Origin: Eledone cirrhosa
Taxonomy: Eukaryota
Direction: 5' to 3'
Assembly: GCA_964016885.1 (NCBI GenBank)
Contig: OZ024748.1
Location: 10,540,001-10,604,000, forward strand
DNA length: 64,000 nt
Under the pieces are notes generated by a model. The model was given only the letters and a program-made list of their open reading frames with translations. It made no database searches and was not told where the DNA came from. Position 1 is the stretch's first letter; each line of letters starts with the position of its first letter. The translations under genes and the position numbers were made by a program. Of this stretch, positions 1-15,400 are shown piece after piece.

Positions 1-2797
1 GTCATCTGTAAGAATGAGCCCCACAAATTGGACTGGTTCTTTCAATGTTATACCTTCACTATCCTTTATTTTATAAAACCTGACAGCAAATTTTGAAATG
101 TTTTATGCTTGTTTCCTTTAAAAAAAAGTACATTAATCCCAACATTTTAGTTTTAGATACTGAGTATAAGAATGAAATAATGCAATTTTATCTGTTTATT
201 GAATGTAGTCTTTTGCATATCATGTCTGCTTTGTTGGTGTTTAATTCTCAGTAACATTCATTGATTTAATCCAGTATGAAGGTCTTGCCCTTTTGTTTAT
301 GTTCATTTCTGGAGCTTTATTCCTATGACTGGGGATTCTTTCATTGATCAGTGGGAGAAGTCTTACTCGAAACAGTTGTAGAGTGTCTAACAAAATAGAT
401 CTTCACGATATTAAGTTAAATACCTGCTTCTCTTTCTCTTTACACATACTACAGCATTTCTACCTATAGTATCATACAATAGTATGTATGGTAGAGAAGT
501 CTTATAGAGTCAAATGGTTATTTTATATCATTGGGTATAAGTTTCACCTTTATGTAGCTGGTGCTACTTGTGTGGGTGTGTGTGTATATGTATGTATGTA
601 TGCACAAGGCAAACAGAAATAAGAAAGCAAACAACACGGTACAGTAAAGAAATATATTATTAGTTTTATGCTTGATATAGTATGAAATGAGTTTTAACGT
701 TTTGGATGTTAGTCCTTTATATATATGTTAATGTAAATTATAATTGGTGCTAATTATAGCATCTAATGTGTCGTTTATATTAACATCTTTGCTGTTTGTT
801 AATTCATAACAACATAGTTAAATGTTATACATCCGTGATGTGTGCATTATATATCCATGCACAAAAGTTTAAAGTAGGCCTAGAGGGAATGGACAATAAA
901 AACACTGGTGGAAAATGAACTTGCCTGTTCTTGGTTACCATGCAAATATACTTATTCCCTTTGCTAAGCAAAATGGTTTCACAACTTTTTTGTCTCTCAA
1001 ATTCTTGTTTGCAACAATTCAAACAATATACTGTGTGTTTGTGTGTGGTGAGTGAAGAATATCATTCTGATTGAACTGACAGTTCCATGGGAAGACAGGT
1101 GTAGGGAGGTGTTAAAGAGGAAGGCCACCAAGTACCAGAGCCTGATCCAATAATATATAGAAATGGTGTAAGGACTGGCAGTTTCCAGTTGAGGTTAACT
1201 GCCTGGGTTTTCTGATGGTTGCTCACAGCCTGGGATAGGCTGGAAGAAAGAACCTCTTGTTAGTTCTGAAATAGGTGGTAGAAGTTAAGTTGGAAGCTTG
1301 AAGGGATAAATCATCACAACTGACCTGCCAAATGGAATATGGTGTGGCTTAGGGTCAAAACATCCAAAGAAAATTGAACCCCAGTTGACGACTTTTTCTC
1401 ATGGTTTAATATTAGTCATAATTTGGTCACTCAATGTGTAAGCAACTGTAGTAGATGTATCCTATGATATGATAAATGTTTGTTACATCCACATATACAA
1501 CAAATATATTTGTTAGATCTAAGGGAACCAGGATTACGTGTTCACTGACCAAAGATCGACTATACACATAAACAGATGAAGATGTGACTAATTATGGGTT
1601 AAATTTTGTTACTGTGTTCACAAGAAGGAAATTTGATGTGTTGGCATATTTTTAGCAGAAAGCACATCAAATTCAGTTGTAACTGTTCTTAGGCATCTCA
1701 TCTTAAACTGGTTTTGATATATAGTTGACTAAAAGGCTGGTTGAACCAAATCTTTAGCTTCAATAACTTGTAGCAAAACTTACACACTACCATTTTTCAG
1801 CACTTCTGTGTTTTCTACCACAAAAATAAACAAAACTATATATTTATTATGGTTTGAGAGATTCTTTAAGTTGTGACCTACTATTTGTAGGAGTGTTGCT
1901 AAGTTTTTGTATTTGGTATTCTATATTTTCACATCAGTGAACGTTTTACTCACTATTCATTGAATATTGCATGTACACACTCTTTTGGGTGACTCTAGCA
2001 GAGTCCAAATTGTTGGGAGCATTCCGGCCAGGTCTCCTGTTTGAGGATAACCTTTCTCTCTAAAGGGTATAAAAGAAAAAGGTTGCTATTTAGATGTTGG
2101 GAGTGTCATTCGTGTTATTGTTTCTGAAGATGGAAATAAGTGCAGACAATTTTTCTTTAACCCTTTTGATACCAGACAACCTGAAACTGGCTCTGGTTCT
2201 ATAATATAAAATCTTTCCATCATAATTTTTATGTAAGAAGTTATGTTCCAAACATACTCCAAATTATTTATTTTCAAAATGATTTGAAAATTATAGGTCA
2301 TGTCTTTCACTAGAAATATAGTAATGAACAGGTTAATTAGGAGCAAAATCTTTAAAATAGATTCATTTTACTTTCTGCTATAATCGCTAGTTTATTCATT
2401 GTATTGTGATTTCTTGGTATTTACGTTTTTTTACTCATGTAAAATAAATCTAATTTTTAAAAGTATTCATCTTATTGCTACACACACACATGACTAGAAA
2501 AATTTATTAAACAAAATGTTGTTAAGAGGGCAATGAGAGTGTTTTTATTTTATTTCCTTCTACTTCAAGTGTCTTTCTTATTCATTGCTGTTTCTTTATC
2601 ACTAATAATAATAATAATAATAATAATCTCTTGCTTTTTTCCTAAGAACATAAACATTTTTTTTTTCCATTTCACCCATAATATTTTTAGAGAGCGTAGC
2701 GCACATTTTGTTGACTAAAAAAAATCTGACATTAACTAATGCATGGGTTTGTGGCCTTGAAGAATCTATACTCCATACCTCACTATTAAACATTGCT

Positions 2798-2832
<35 letters not shown>

Positions 2833-3175
2833 ATAATTTGCCCCCCACTACAGCATTTTAATATCATCACTAAAACAAAAAAAAAACTGGTGCAAAATTA
2901 ATTGCATTTTAAAAAAAAAGATTTTTTTTTTTTTTTCGCAATTATTTTTCTTAAATGCTTGGGATACTCCTGGTAAAATCCTTTTTCTTCTCCCTACCCC
3001 ATTTAATATTGAACTTTTTAAAATCATTTTCCGCCCACTCCCTTTTCTTCCCATTAAGTATATAACTAACTTGGCTAATTAATTTATTAAAATGATTAAT
3101 TAATATTGGAGAGCACTGTATTCAAAACATGTTGAGTCTACGTCAATTTTTTCTTTCTCTTTCTATCTCTCTCTC

Positions 3176-3218
<43 letters not shown>

Positions 3219-3748
3219 TTCATCCCTCTATCTACCTCTCTTTCTCTCTCTTTCCCCAACTTTTTTATTTATTTAATTCAAATATATGTCAAACTCAGGT
3301 ATTGAAAAAAGGTGTTGTTTGTTATGTTCTTGTTTCTGTTTTTTTTTTTTTCTGTTTTTTTTTTGTATTTTTATTGTTTTTTTTCTTTTAATTTATTATT
3401 TATTTTCGTTTTTCTCCACAACTCCTTCCCCTCCCTTCTCCCCACAACCCCTTCCCAACTACAATCCATCTAATTAATCCAATTTATCAAAATTTCCACA
3501 CCACCTTCTATTTTCTATATATATATATATATATTTTTCTGTTTGCACCCTTGCCTATTGATGTTGTTTTAGTTATTATTATCATTATTATTATTTTAAG
3601 AAAAATAATTTAAAGCTTAATGTAACTTCTTGCTGGTTTACTTAAAATCACTGCCTAAATCTGAAGATTTAGTGACATGCTGCTGCCACACCCACATGTG
3701 TATATATACATGTGTGTATATATACATGTATGTATATATACACATATG

Positions 3749-3787
<39 letters not shown>

Positions 3788-4727
3788 TTGTGTATCTGTA
3801 GCAGAGAAACAATTATCACTGGACTCCTTTTATTTTTTTAAATTCCTATGGTATTAGGCAAGACTGTATGTGGAGGGAGGGGGGCAGTCTGTGTAATTGG
3901 AAGAATATAGCCCCACCACCACCAACCACTACCATTTACTTACTTTAAACCCAAGCAATTCCCCTATCTACTTCAATGTGTCTCCATAAAGACCCCCACT
4001 CTGTGAACTAATCAAAATCTAGGTCCCTTTAGTAAGTTGACTATTTTTGTTTTTCAAATTACACCTGACTTATGTTTCAGGTTTTGGCTTCTTACATCAA
4101 CTACTAATGCAATGGCTAGCCAGTCTCTTTCTCTCTCTCTCTCTGATATATATCATCTGTCCCTTAAATCTGGAAAGATGAAAGAAACAATTCAATGGTA
4201 CCTTACTTATGAGGCATTCTCTCTCTCATTCACCCACTCTCTCTCTCTTTCTCTCTGTACACAGTGTGAGAGTTTATAGAATTGCAAATACATGTACATC
4301 CTTTGTTAATGCACGTTTTCCACTTGCAAATCTATTTCCAGTAAAACCAATGTCTCTCTCTCTCTCTCTCTCTCTCTCAATACAACCTGCTTGACTTTTT
4401 CTTACACTGGCTAGTTACTGCAGACTGTTGGGTTTTCAGCTTTTTCCCTGAATACCAGTCATGTGATGTAATGTATGACCCCTGAAATGTGTGTGTGTGT
4501 GTGTGTGTGTGTATATAGAATTGTATAACCATGTCCAATGGCCTGACAACAAGAGGGCTGGCTATCCCAGTTTTTGTCGGAGTAGGGGAAATCTCATCAA
4601 ATCCAACAATACACTCGATATAAGGATGTGCTAAATCACTTCTTGATGACCGAAACCCCCCTGAAAAATCACAGCCCCCTTTTTTGGTAACTTCAGAACA
4701 TAACTTGATGTTAAATACAATATTCAG

Positions 4728-4859
4728 GTATGGGACTCTGTAAAGGGCGCCAACCCAGACCTAAAATTATGGGAAATTGGTAAAATCATTGGACAGATGT
4801 GGCGGGAATTGTCCGAAAAAGAGAAACAGGAGTATATGGATGAATACGAAGCAGAGAAG
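4728..4859 (+). CDS. SMARCE1: SMARCE1 HMG-box exon
   Basis: 132-nt exon bounded by ttcag|GTATGG and GAGAAG|gtaatg; encodes [17 protein letters not shown]. Confidence 0.95.
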
Positions 4860-7800
4860 GTAATGTTTTTATAAAATTTGCATACAGCTACTACTACTAC
4901 TACTACTACTACTATACTACTACTACCTACTACTACTACTACTGTCAGTTATATCAACTGATTGCTGTACTATACCGTTTTTGCTTACCTCTTAGAGCTG
5001 TACCACCACCACCACCACCACCACCACTACTACTACTCCCTCATGGTGAACACTTCAACCCTTTTTCTGGCACAGTCCCCACCTTCACTCTTCATTCATT
5101 CAAACAATCACAATATTATTATTTGCGGCTTCCTCCCCTTCCATCCACCCACCATATGAATATGGCAAGAAATTTAAGGCTGGCATATATATATTTTTTT
5201 TTGTTTTTGTTTTTTTTTTTGTGTATATTTTATTTTGATTTTGGCTTTTTTTTATGTAGACACCTTCAACATTAATGGGATAATTTCTATAAATTAAAAA
5301 AGTATTTTTTCAGAAATATTTCAACTTAACCCTTTTGATACCAAACTACCTGAAGCTGCCCCCTGGTTCCATAATACAAAACTGTTTGTTGTAAAGGGTT
5401 TATTATCTATAAACTTTCTATCATAATAATTAATAAGAAAGTTATTTTACTAAATCCCTACAAATTCTTGATTATTGTCAAAATAATTTGAAAATCATAG
5501 GCAGTGTATTTTTCATAGAAATAGGGTAACAAAAGGGTTAAACCTATTTTTATAAAAATTTCAAGTAAACCAGCATATGCAGTCCTTGCTATATGCCATT
5601 ATTATCTTTTGTACAACCTCTTCATGTATATATATATATATATATTATATTTTTTACTAACTTTATTTTAGTATTATTAAATATTTTAAATTTATTTTCT
5701 CTCTCTGAATTTATATTGGAATTCCAAAGAAGAAAATATAAAAATTGTTTACTTTACAAACCTGCCATAACTGAATAAATTACCTCCTGCTGTATTCATC
5801 TAGTTGGGTTTTTAAATAGAAACATCATTTATTTGATTAGCTCTTAACAGCCTGTAATGATTTAGCAGAAAATTTCTATAAATAGTCTTGTTAATTCAAG
5901 TCATTATAGTATGGAAAGATTGCTGTGGAAGTTTGGTGTATTAAACTTATTTTGGATTTGAATTTTTAGTGTGATGTAGTCATAGTGCTGTGTTATACTT
6001 TTGAAGAACTGTCTTGTTAATGCAGTTTGATGTGGTACAGGACGTCGAGAATTAATTAATTAACTAATTAAGCACTAAATAATGTTGACTCTCTGCTATA
6101 TCTGTAGTGTGGTGCAATACTCTGGAGCTATTGTGACAATTGTCAACAAATTCGTCTCTTTTTCTTAATGGACAAGGGAAGAAAATGCATTCACCTGACA
6201 AGTTTCAGAAATCAAATACTTGATTCTCATCAGAGGTAGAATAGTATTTGATCTGTCCACAGACTGAAAGAGTTATAGTTAATATTGTGAACTGCTATAA
6301 CTTTTAATATTTAATTTGCTGAAGGGTCAGGGTTGGCTTTTAAATTTAAACCCATATTTTAAAAATTCTTTTTTTTTCTTTTCTTTTAAATTAATTTTAA
6401 TCATAAAGTTATTTGTTCTTATTAGTTCCTACATTAAGTTTTTAAATTAATTTTACTCATAAACTTATTTGTTCTAATTAGTTCTTACTTACCATAAATG
6501 TATTTTTAATTTCTTATCCCTTTTTATTGTTATATTCCCCTACCCGCCCCATCTTTTAATGTCCCCATAACCCTTTTAACGCCCCCTCCCTCCATATGCC
6601 GATGTTTTTTGGGGGGCGGGGGGCTTTTTTTAAAATTTAGATTGACGAATATTCAACATGAAGTGCCAATTATTTAAATAATTCTTTAAATGCCTGATTA
6701 TTTAGAGAAAGGGTTGAGGAGTTTTCCATTAATAATAACAAAAACCTTAAAGTCCTTATTAAAACAACTAATCATTTTTTTTTAAGGGTTATTTACTAAC
6801 CCTTTTTTTTTTTTTTTTATATTTTTGTAGTTTTACTAACTTAAATCTCTGCTCTCCAAAAATTGCATGCTCAGTAAAATTAACAATAACCCAAATATAT
6901 TAACATGCCAATGAGTTTATGAAGTCAGTGCGCAAATTTGAAAAACCTGTTTGCTTTTCTTATGAAAAGCTGTCCTGATGCATATTACCTATGAAATAGT
7001 TGAATGAGTCTGGTTACTCTTGGACAGAGATGACTGTGGTTATATCCTCCTGTTTTCTCTCACCAAGTCTAATTTATATGACTTTTTCAATTATTCTATA
7101 GTTAAATATGCATTGTGGCAGCTTTTCATAAGAAGAGCTAAATTACTTTTCAATTTTCATGTTTACATGATTGCGTCCATTTAAAACTAATCCATTCCTG
7201 ATCATTAATGTTTACTAATGAGTAACTATTGCAAATTATGGTTGTGAACTTGTTTGAATGAAAGCCAATTTTATCCTAACTCTTTCCTCCTCCTCCACCT
7301 CCAAAAGAACACACACTTGCCTTGTTAGTTTCTCTCTTACTCTCTCTATCTGTCTCTGTCTCTCACACCGGATATCATCCACTCCTCCAATCCTCTTTAG
7401 CACATTCTGTTTATGCTTGAATAAATAATTTAAGAATAAAAAACATTTAATTACACAGGACTATAATCATCTAATTTTTCAGTTTTACATCTTTGTGTAT
7501 ATGTATATAAATAAATATATATTCATATATATATATATTGATATATATATATATATATATATTCATATAAATATATATATTCATAGACATATAAATTCCC
7601 CCTCTACCAATGAATTCATCTAAAATAATTTCCTTGCATGTGGTTTAGTTCTAGTGACTAGTTCTAATCCTGCACAGACTGATATGGTAGCATTTAGCTC
7701 TTTTGAAAGAAAGTTCGGTGTTGCTCTCAGAACTTGCATATTTTCATTAGTTCGTTTGGGCCTAAAACGAATCTCTCCAATATATCCAAACTTAAATTTT

Positions 7801-9387
7801 TTTTATCATCTTCGCATACACTTCCACATTATCATTTCATATGCTTTTGCTTTTTGGCATTATTTTCAGCACTGATTTCTTAGTTTTTGTGTACTTTTTC
7901 TTTTTCACCACACCACACCACACCACATCATCTGCTGTGATGTTCGTTACAAAAGTTGAAGAATTTTCTTACTACAACTATGAGAAGAAAAAAAAAATGT
8001 TGTTTCATAATAGCTCTCACTTTCTTTCTCTGCTTTTTTTTCTCCTTCCTTCTTTCTTTCTTTATTCTTGGTCCACTCTTATCACTACTCTTGGCTTTTT
8101 TCTGGCCACTGAATTAAACTCTTGCTTTGAAATTCTATCCCTTGTACTGTCCTTGTTTGAACTATTAGCTATAATGGAAATCTTCCAGAGAATTCTTTTA
8201 CTGTAGATAGAAACTTTCTGAGAATTTTTTTTTGAATAAACTAGATATGGAAGTCTAGGTGTATCAAGAATATTATATTATGACAAGAATTCAATGTACG
8301 TGAGGCTCATATATCTCCTTTAGATAGTTGCTCTTTCCAATTCCATTGTGCTGTTCTTGGATAGATATTTTTAACACTGTATACACGATTGCTTTTTAAG
8401 TGTCTACTTTTACATAGAAATATATTAGTGGAGTACAATTATGGCAATTAGATTACTACTTAAAGTTTTTGCTTAGAATTTGCTTCATAGAACATAATAA
8501 AATGATTAGGCGTTGCTAGGCTTATCAGTTCCAAATTGTCACCTATTTGATGAGCCTGATAATTGCTGATTGATTATCTTGTAACATACAATTCAGGTGG
8601 TGAAACTTAAAGTAGCAATATAATTGCTGCCTATTCTATTGTACTAATACATAGGGAAAATGGGGGTATTAAGCTCTACCACACTACAAATGCATTATAT
8701 TTATACATGGCATATTATACTTTGTAGTGTGGTGGAAGCTTAATACCCCTGTTTGCCCTATATATATAGATTATATTTATATTTCAGCTTTATATTGAGT
8801 TTTTACTTGTTAAAGTTTTCTCTGTGTGTGTGTGTGTGTGTGTGCGTGTATATATATATATATATATAAACAAATATTGTTTTGTTCAACTAATTTCATT
8901 TTTGTTGGTTTGCCTTTTAAAAAGACAATATATCTCTTCCATGTTTTTTCTATTTCTTTATATATTAAATTATATATTTAGTGTACTCTAGATTGAGCTA
9001 AGATGGCAGATATTTTGATTGAGTTCGAGAGGGACAGATCCATCTGTTCTAAACTATTGTTATTTTTTGGCCAATTGAATTTTTGTTTTTTTTACACTAT
9101 GATCTATTGGGCTGCATTCCACTTACTTGATTTGATCAGTACATTATCATATACTCTCATGTGTGTGTGTATACATACATACATACATACATACACACAC
9201 AGACATGTACATGTGTGTGTGTGTGTATAACATACTTCTATGTGTCTGTGTGTTGTAGTTCTTTCATATTATTTCTCAAGTTTTTATGATTTTATGATAT
9301 TCTGTCCACAGAAGGACTTTTTTTTTAATATAGTGTTTTTTTTACTAAAATACATCTATTCTTTTCTTTTTTTTTCTTTTTTTTTTA

Positions 9388-9440
<53 letters not shown>

Positions 9441-12400
9441 ACACACACACACACACAAACACTCATGGTCAACTTTAAATTTTTATATTTGTTCTGACAC
9501 TGATTCTTAAATAAAGCAAAGAAATACAGAACTTAAAAATATACTTGGAATTTTAACTGAGAATATTTATATAATTATTATTATTATAACAAGCATCCTT
9601 TAAAATTAAATAAGGGAAGTTTCGTTTGGTCTTCGAAAGTTAATTTCTTCGGTTCTTGTTGTTCTTGTTGTTGTTGTTATTGTTGTTAGGAATTTTCTGT
9701 TTGTTTCTTTTCCTATATTTTTTTTTTTTCTTTTGCTTTTTCATTCTTTTTTTAAATTTATTTACTTATTTATAATTTAATTAATTTGCATGCTGTATCT
9801 GTTTCGAATGGCATGGTTTTAGCATGACCTGTTGTTGGTCCCTATTGATGGATGTGCTGACATTAACCTCTTCTTTTTGATTTAATACTATTCTACTCCT
9901 TATTCTAATTCTTCTTCTACTCTTTCTATATTTTTCTCATTTACCCATTCTTGTAATAATAATACCTACAACTACTGCTACTCTCTTGCTGTTTGACACT
10001 TCCATAGGCACCAGTTGCATTTGTAATTTATGATTATCCATATAGATGATATAACAAAGCTTTATTTCTAGTCTTTCTCTGTTCTCTGTAAACTTGATGC
10101 AAGGTCTTCTGTATTAAATTTTAAAAAAAAATGACATCAATATTTTGTTGGACAGCCATTGACTAAATTAGATCATATTTTCTTTTAAATGTATATGCAT
10201 ATTGCTTTAACTTTTCTGGAACATTCTTGGAAAGCTTAATTGAAATAATGGATTAAAATGACAAAAGAAATGCATTGATACAATTATCACTTGAGCTTTG
10301 GATCACGTTTACTTTGAGCCGACATAATTTCTGCTGATCCATGCTTTATATATGCTTCATATAATTTTTAAACTGAAGATCAAATATTTTTTGCTCTCTC
10401 TATAATATATAATATTCACGTGTTATTTAGAAGTCACAATCAACTGCCTTTGTCCTGATCTTAATTTATATTCAGTGAAATAATTAAATTTGAACTTTTT
10501 GATTTTTGTTTTTTTTTAAATATTTTATGTGGGTAGCCCCCCCCAAAAAGAACTGTTTAATAAGTTAATTTTATTAATATATAGTGCTAGGTTATTATAT
10601 TTTTCTGGCTTTATTCGTAAGTAGTGCTAGGTTTTTGATGTTTATATGCTGTATATACTCATGTGTATGTCATGCCAGTAGATAAGCCACTCAAGTTTAC
10701 ATACAGCATTTGCAATATAACATTTTGAATTGAAGTTTTGTAGGTCCAATGGTTGAGTCACTTCCTGGTTTTTCTTATACTTTCGTGAGAAGTGGTGCAA
10801 CCTATACACGAATGTATAACATAGTTATGTTTTACCATAGTAAATATTGCTAGGTCTTTTATATGTATGTTATAGTATGTTTCGTAGAAATATTCAAGGG
10901 TAAGAGCACTCAGTCCATATTATGTCATAGTAGTAACTAATTATATATATATAGTTAAATATTTTACCAATAGTTTACAGCAGTATGCTTCACCACAACA
11001 CCACACAAAAAAATTGATGCCCATGTCCTCATTATAAAAGCATATTTAGAAATTTACTAGTAAAAGAAAAATAGTTTAATAAACAATAACTGTTTTAAAT
11101 ATACAATATTGAGTAAAAAATTACATGTTCTTAGTTTTCTGAATCTCAGTTTAATTCAAATTGCTCCCCTATGAGGTGCATGTTCCACATTTAGATTTAT
11201 TCAGTTCGAGATATGGTGAAAGTAAAGAAACATCTATATCTTTCTCAACATATTGTATGTCTCTTCCTACTTGTCAACTGAATTTTTTGAAATGTCCTCT
11301 GCCCCTGTCTGACTATGCTTGACATGACAAGCACATTCTCTATATTAACTATAATTTCTCAGAATATACTCTTCCTAACTAAAACTAATTTATTCCTTTG
11401 AAACACCACCGCCTGTATAATCGGGGGGCCTTTAGTTGAGTTCACCCCGTTGCAAGCATTCAAACCAGCGTGCTGGTACCTTCCTCTCTTCCTTCCATCA
11501 GTCTTAGATGCTCTGAAAAAGACCATAGGTACTGCCATTTCTTCGCTGACTAAAAAGAGGGGGGGGGGGGCAAAATACTGAAGTAGTTAACATCTTAGCC
11601 TTTACAAATCCTCTGCATTCAAGACCCATGTTTCGCTACTATACAGCATTGCAGTTCATAGACAAGCCTCAATCTACCTTTTACTGTGAAGGAAAATCCT
11701 TTTGTTGCTAACAGAAGGTTCGGCTCATAGGTGTATGATCGGGAGTTGGATTCCCAACAGCATGTTGTGTCCCTCAGTAAAACACTTTATTTTCCCTTGC
11801 TCCAGTCCACTTAGCTGACCAAAATGAGCTGTACCTGTAATTCCAAAGACCCGTTTTATCACACACTGTCTTTCTTGATGAATGTTCAGCCACTTACAAG
11901 TTAATTTCACGGGCAGGTTGATCCATTGTTAGACTAACTGGAAATGATGAAGGTCCAACTCATGATATAGGAAAACAGTTAGTCTAGACCAAACCAGTGG
12001 TTTCCAGATTTACTTTGTCCTTGAAGCTTTATATCATTTAAAAAATTGCAAAACTCCTACCAATATTTTACAGACAGCCCTAATTTTAATATGACATTAA
12101 ATGAAACATTGTTTTATCGAGAGAATTTTGTCATATAACAAAAAGTAACAAGTTTTTCTTAACACTTTTGACACTAACCCACCCAAAACTACTCTTTTAA
12201 AAGACGCTTTACAACATATATTATGTTATGGTACAAATATATCTTAATGATTTTGGTAAAACCTTCCAAATTCTCTTATAAATTAATTCAAATACTGTGT
12301 ATTTCATTAGATATAATTAGCAATGAAAGGGTTTCATTTAAAGACCCCTATCCCCACCATGGAAGCCACTTTTGGCAGTTGAGTGTAGTCACTTAACACA

Positions 12401-15400
12401 AGCCTAGTGTATTGTTTTTATCAAAGGTTGATACATGGAAGACATCAGTCCAAAGGTTGAACTTCATAATTCCTGTTTTTATTATACAAAATTTTGATTT
12501 TATATTTGTCCTGAAGCTGTGTAGTTGGCTGGAATAAGATTTTATGTAATTGATACTTATTCTGTTTAATATGTGGAAGCTTGTGGCATAGTGGCTAGGA
12601 TGTTGGACAATGTCATCGGTTCAATTACTGGACCAGTTCACATTACTCCAGTACACTCAACTGAAAATGATTACCAGTAATAACTAAGGGTTAATCCTGA
12701 AAAGATTGGCATCCTGTCCAGGGGGAGCCTTGTACTCTGTAAATGGTGATGAAATTGGCCTGAGGAGCCTCCAGGCGTGGGACAGACTTTAAGTAACTTA
12801 ACATATCTATATCAAATAAAAGAGTTGTCACTCTTGTAATATATATTGATATGTTCCAAGTTGTCTTTGTGGTATCATAACTCACCACTTTGTGTGTGCT
12901 GTATAAATTACTGAATCTTTTCCTCAGTACTTCTGTCTTATAGGCACTGGAGAGTGGTAATAAATTTGGTGATGTAGGTTCAATATCTACCATTGATATT
13001 CATCTGTGATCATTAGAGCATCAGTATTTAGTCTAGTTCTTTATGTTCTAAGTTTATATCTCATCACGGTCAACTTTGTCTTTCATAAATATAATAACAA
13101 TGTAAAGTTGTGGAGTGGCAGATTCCTTTGTCTTTCATAAATATAGTTACAGTGTAAAGTAGTATAGTGGCAGATTCAATAGAGCTCCAAATGGGGGTAC
13201 TTCAGAGTGTGTTTGGGCTGGGGGGTACTTCAGAGTGTGTTTGGGCTGGGGGGTACTTCAGAGTGTGTTTGGGCTGGTTATTATGTTGGTTCAAATCCTA
13301 CCTCCTTTCATCGGATAGATGGTGATCCAACATGACTGAAGCGCGTATCATTGAATCTCTTGAGAAACCTCTTGTGATATACACACTAAAGAATACCACT
13401 GATTACATTTGGAGGGGAAAATCAATCAAAACCTAGTGTAGATATCAATATTGAAACCAAATTTCAACCTCTAAAGAAATATTCTTTAATAAATGTCTCA
13501 TAGTATGGAAGTAAGATCTATATAACTCTCCACTGAAAGTACTTCTATCAAAATAGATTAAATCTTTTGGTTATAGGGAGTGGATTGATAGGTGTAAATT
13601 ATAACTTACTTTTGTATTTTGTGCAATAGAATAGAAGTTACAGATTAACTTAAAGTTGTTTGAGCTAGCTCTCTCCTGCTTCCCACAAAGGTTTTCTTTC
13701 AATGTGATCTCATTGAGCTGCCAGCCATATTATATATATGCATACATGTATACACAAAACAGTATATAAAAGATAAATTAAGATAGATTTAATATCTGTT
13801 TCACTTCTGTTTATACATCTTACTGAAAATTTTAAGAAATGTAAAAAAAGGTTATTTCTTTGTACTAAAAGAATAACAATGTTTTTTCCCCATTTGTTCA
13901 AATTTTCAGATAGGTTTATAAGCTGTAGTTACATATATTCATATATTCATGTATTGTTCTTTTGCATTGGTGTAGTGTATTCTTGGTATTCTCGCAGAAT
14001 ATATTGGAATTATTAAATCTATGATAGTTTTTGTAGAATTTCGATTGTCATTTCTGATTTGTGTGTGTGTGTGCCGTATGTACTTATGTATTAGTTGCAC
14101 TGTAAAAGTACAGTGTTGAAAAACCAACAAGCAACTTATCTGCTGAACTTACAGAATCTCAGTTCAAAATGTATGGTACATTGTAGATATATGTAAAATG
14201 GAGGTGTGTCTTATACATGAATATATATGATGTATGTATATTATATATCATCAGCTGGTATATATATATATATATATACACACATATATATATATATATA
14301 CATACACATAGTTCTCTATACAAGTGTGTATTTCCATGTATCTGAATATCTATTATATTTTAAGTTGCTATCAGGACGTTCCCAGTTTTTGTGACTTCGT
14401 AATTTCATAATTTAATTTGACTTCAATAAAATAAAATTATACTTGAAATATATAATATATATAAAAAAAAAAGACACCAGTCAGTTTGTAGTGGATCGTG
14501 TATTACGATAAGTGCCAAACCATTGCAGATCCAGTACAACGAAGCAATGAAAGCCTACCACAACTCTCCCGGTTACCAGGCCTGGATTGCTGCAAAGGGA
14601 AGACTCAAAAATATTGGTATGTATTTGAGAGACATGAAATGGGGGATGATGATAGCTTTTGTTCTTAAGGCAAAAAAATTCTTTTAATTCTTCATAGTTT
14701 GTTCTTGAATCTTAAAGGAGGAATATGGAAAGATATATCTTCCTGCTGGTATATAGGACACATATTTATTTTATTTTGAGATTATGGTATATATATTCTT
14801 GAGAATTCTTGGTAGAAAGAATCACCAAAATCTGTAACTTGAACTCTTTATCTATTTTTTTTTAATCATTTGTTCTATTTATTTTTTATTCTCATTAATT
14901 TCTCAACACTTAAATTTCATAATTTTCTTATAACAGCTAAATATTTGGGGCAATACACATAATGCTTATGTTGTTATCATTCTTACTATCAGTATTAGGT
15001 GGTGAGTTAGCAGAACTGTTAGAGCAGTGAACAAAATGCTTTGCATTATATATTTTCGTACTTCCTTCCGCTCTAAGTTCAAATTCCACCAAGGTCAACT
15101 TTGTCTTTCCTCCTACCGAGGTCATTAAAATATGTATCAGTTACATACTTGGATCAATCTAATTGGGCATTCCTCTTTAAAATTTCTGGCTTTGTGCCTA
15201 TTTTAGAAACAATTATTAATAAATACTATCATCAAATTCCTATTTGAAATTATTAGAAAATTAGTGAATGGATCCATTTGAACTTGGTAAGCAGTTGAAA
15301 TTGTGGAGATGGGGATGCTCTTTAGATTTAACTCTTAACATCCTGTAATGATTTAGAACAAAAACTTTATCTAAAAAAAGGGGATTTAATAATTCAAACA

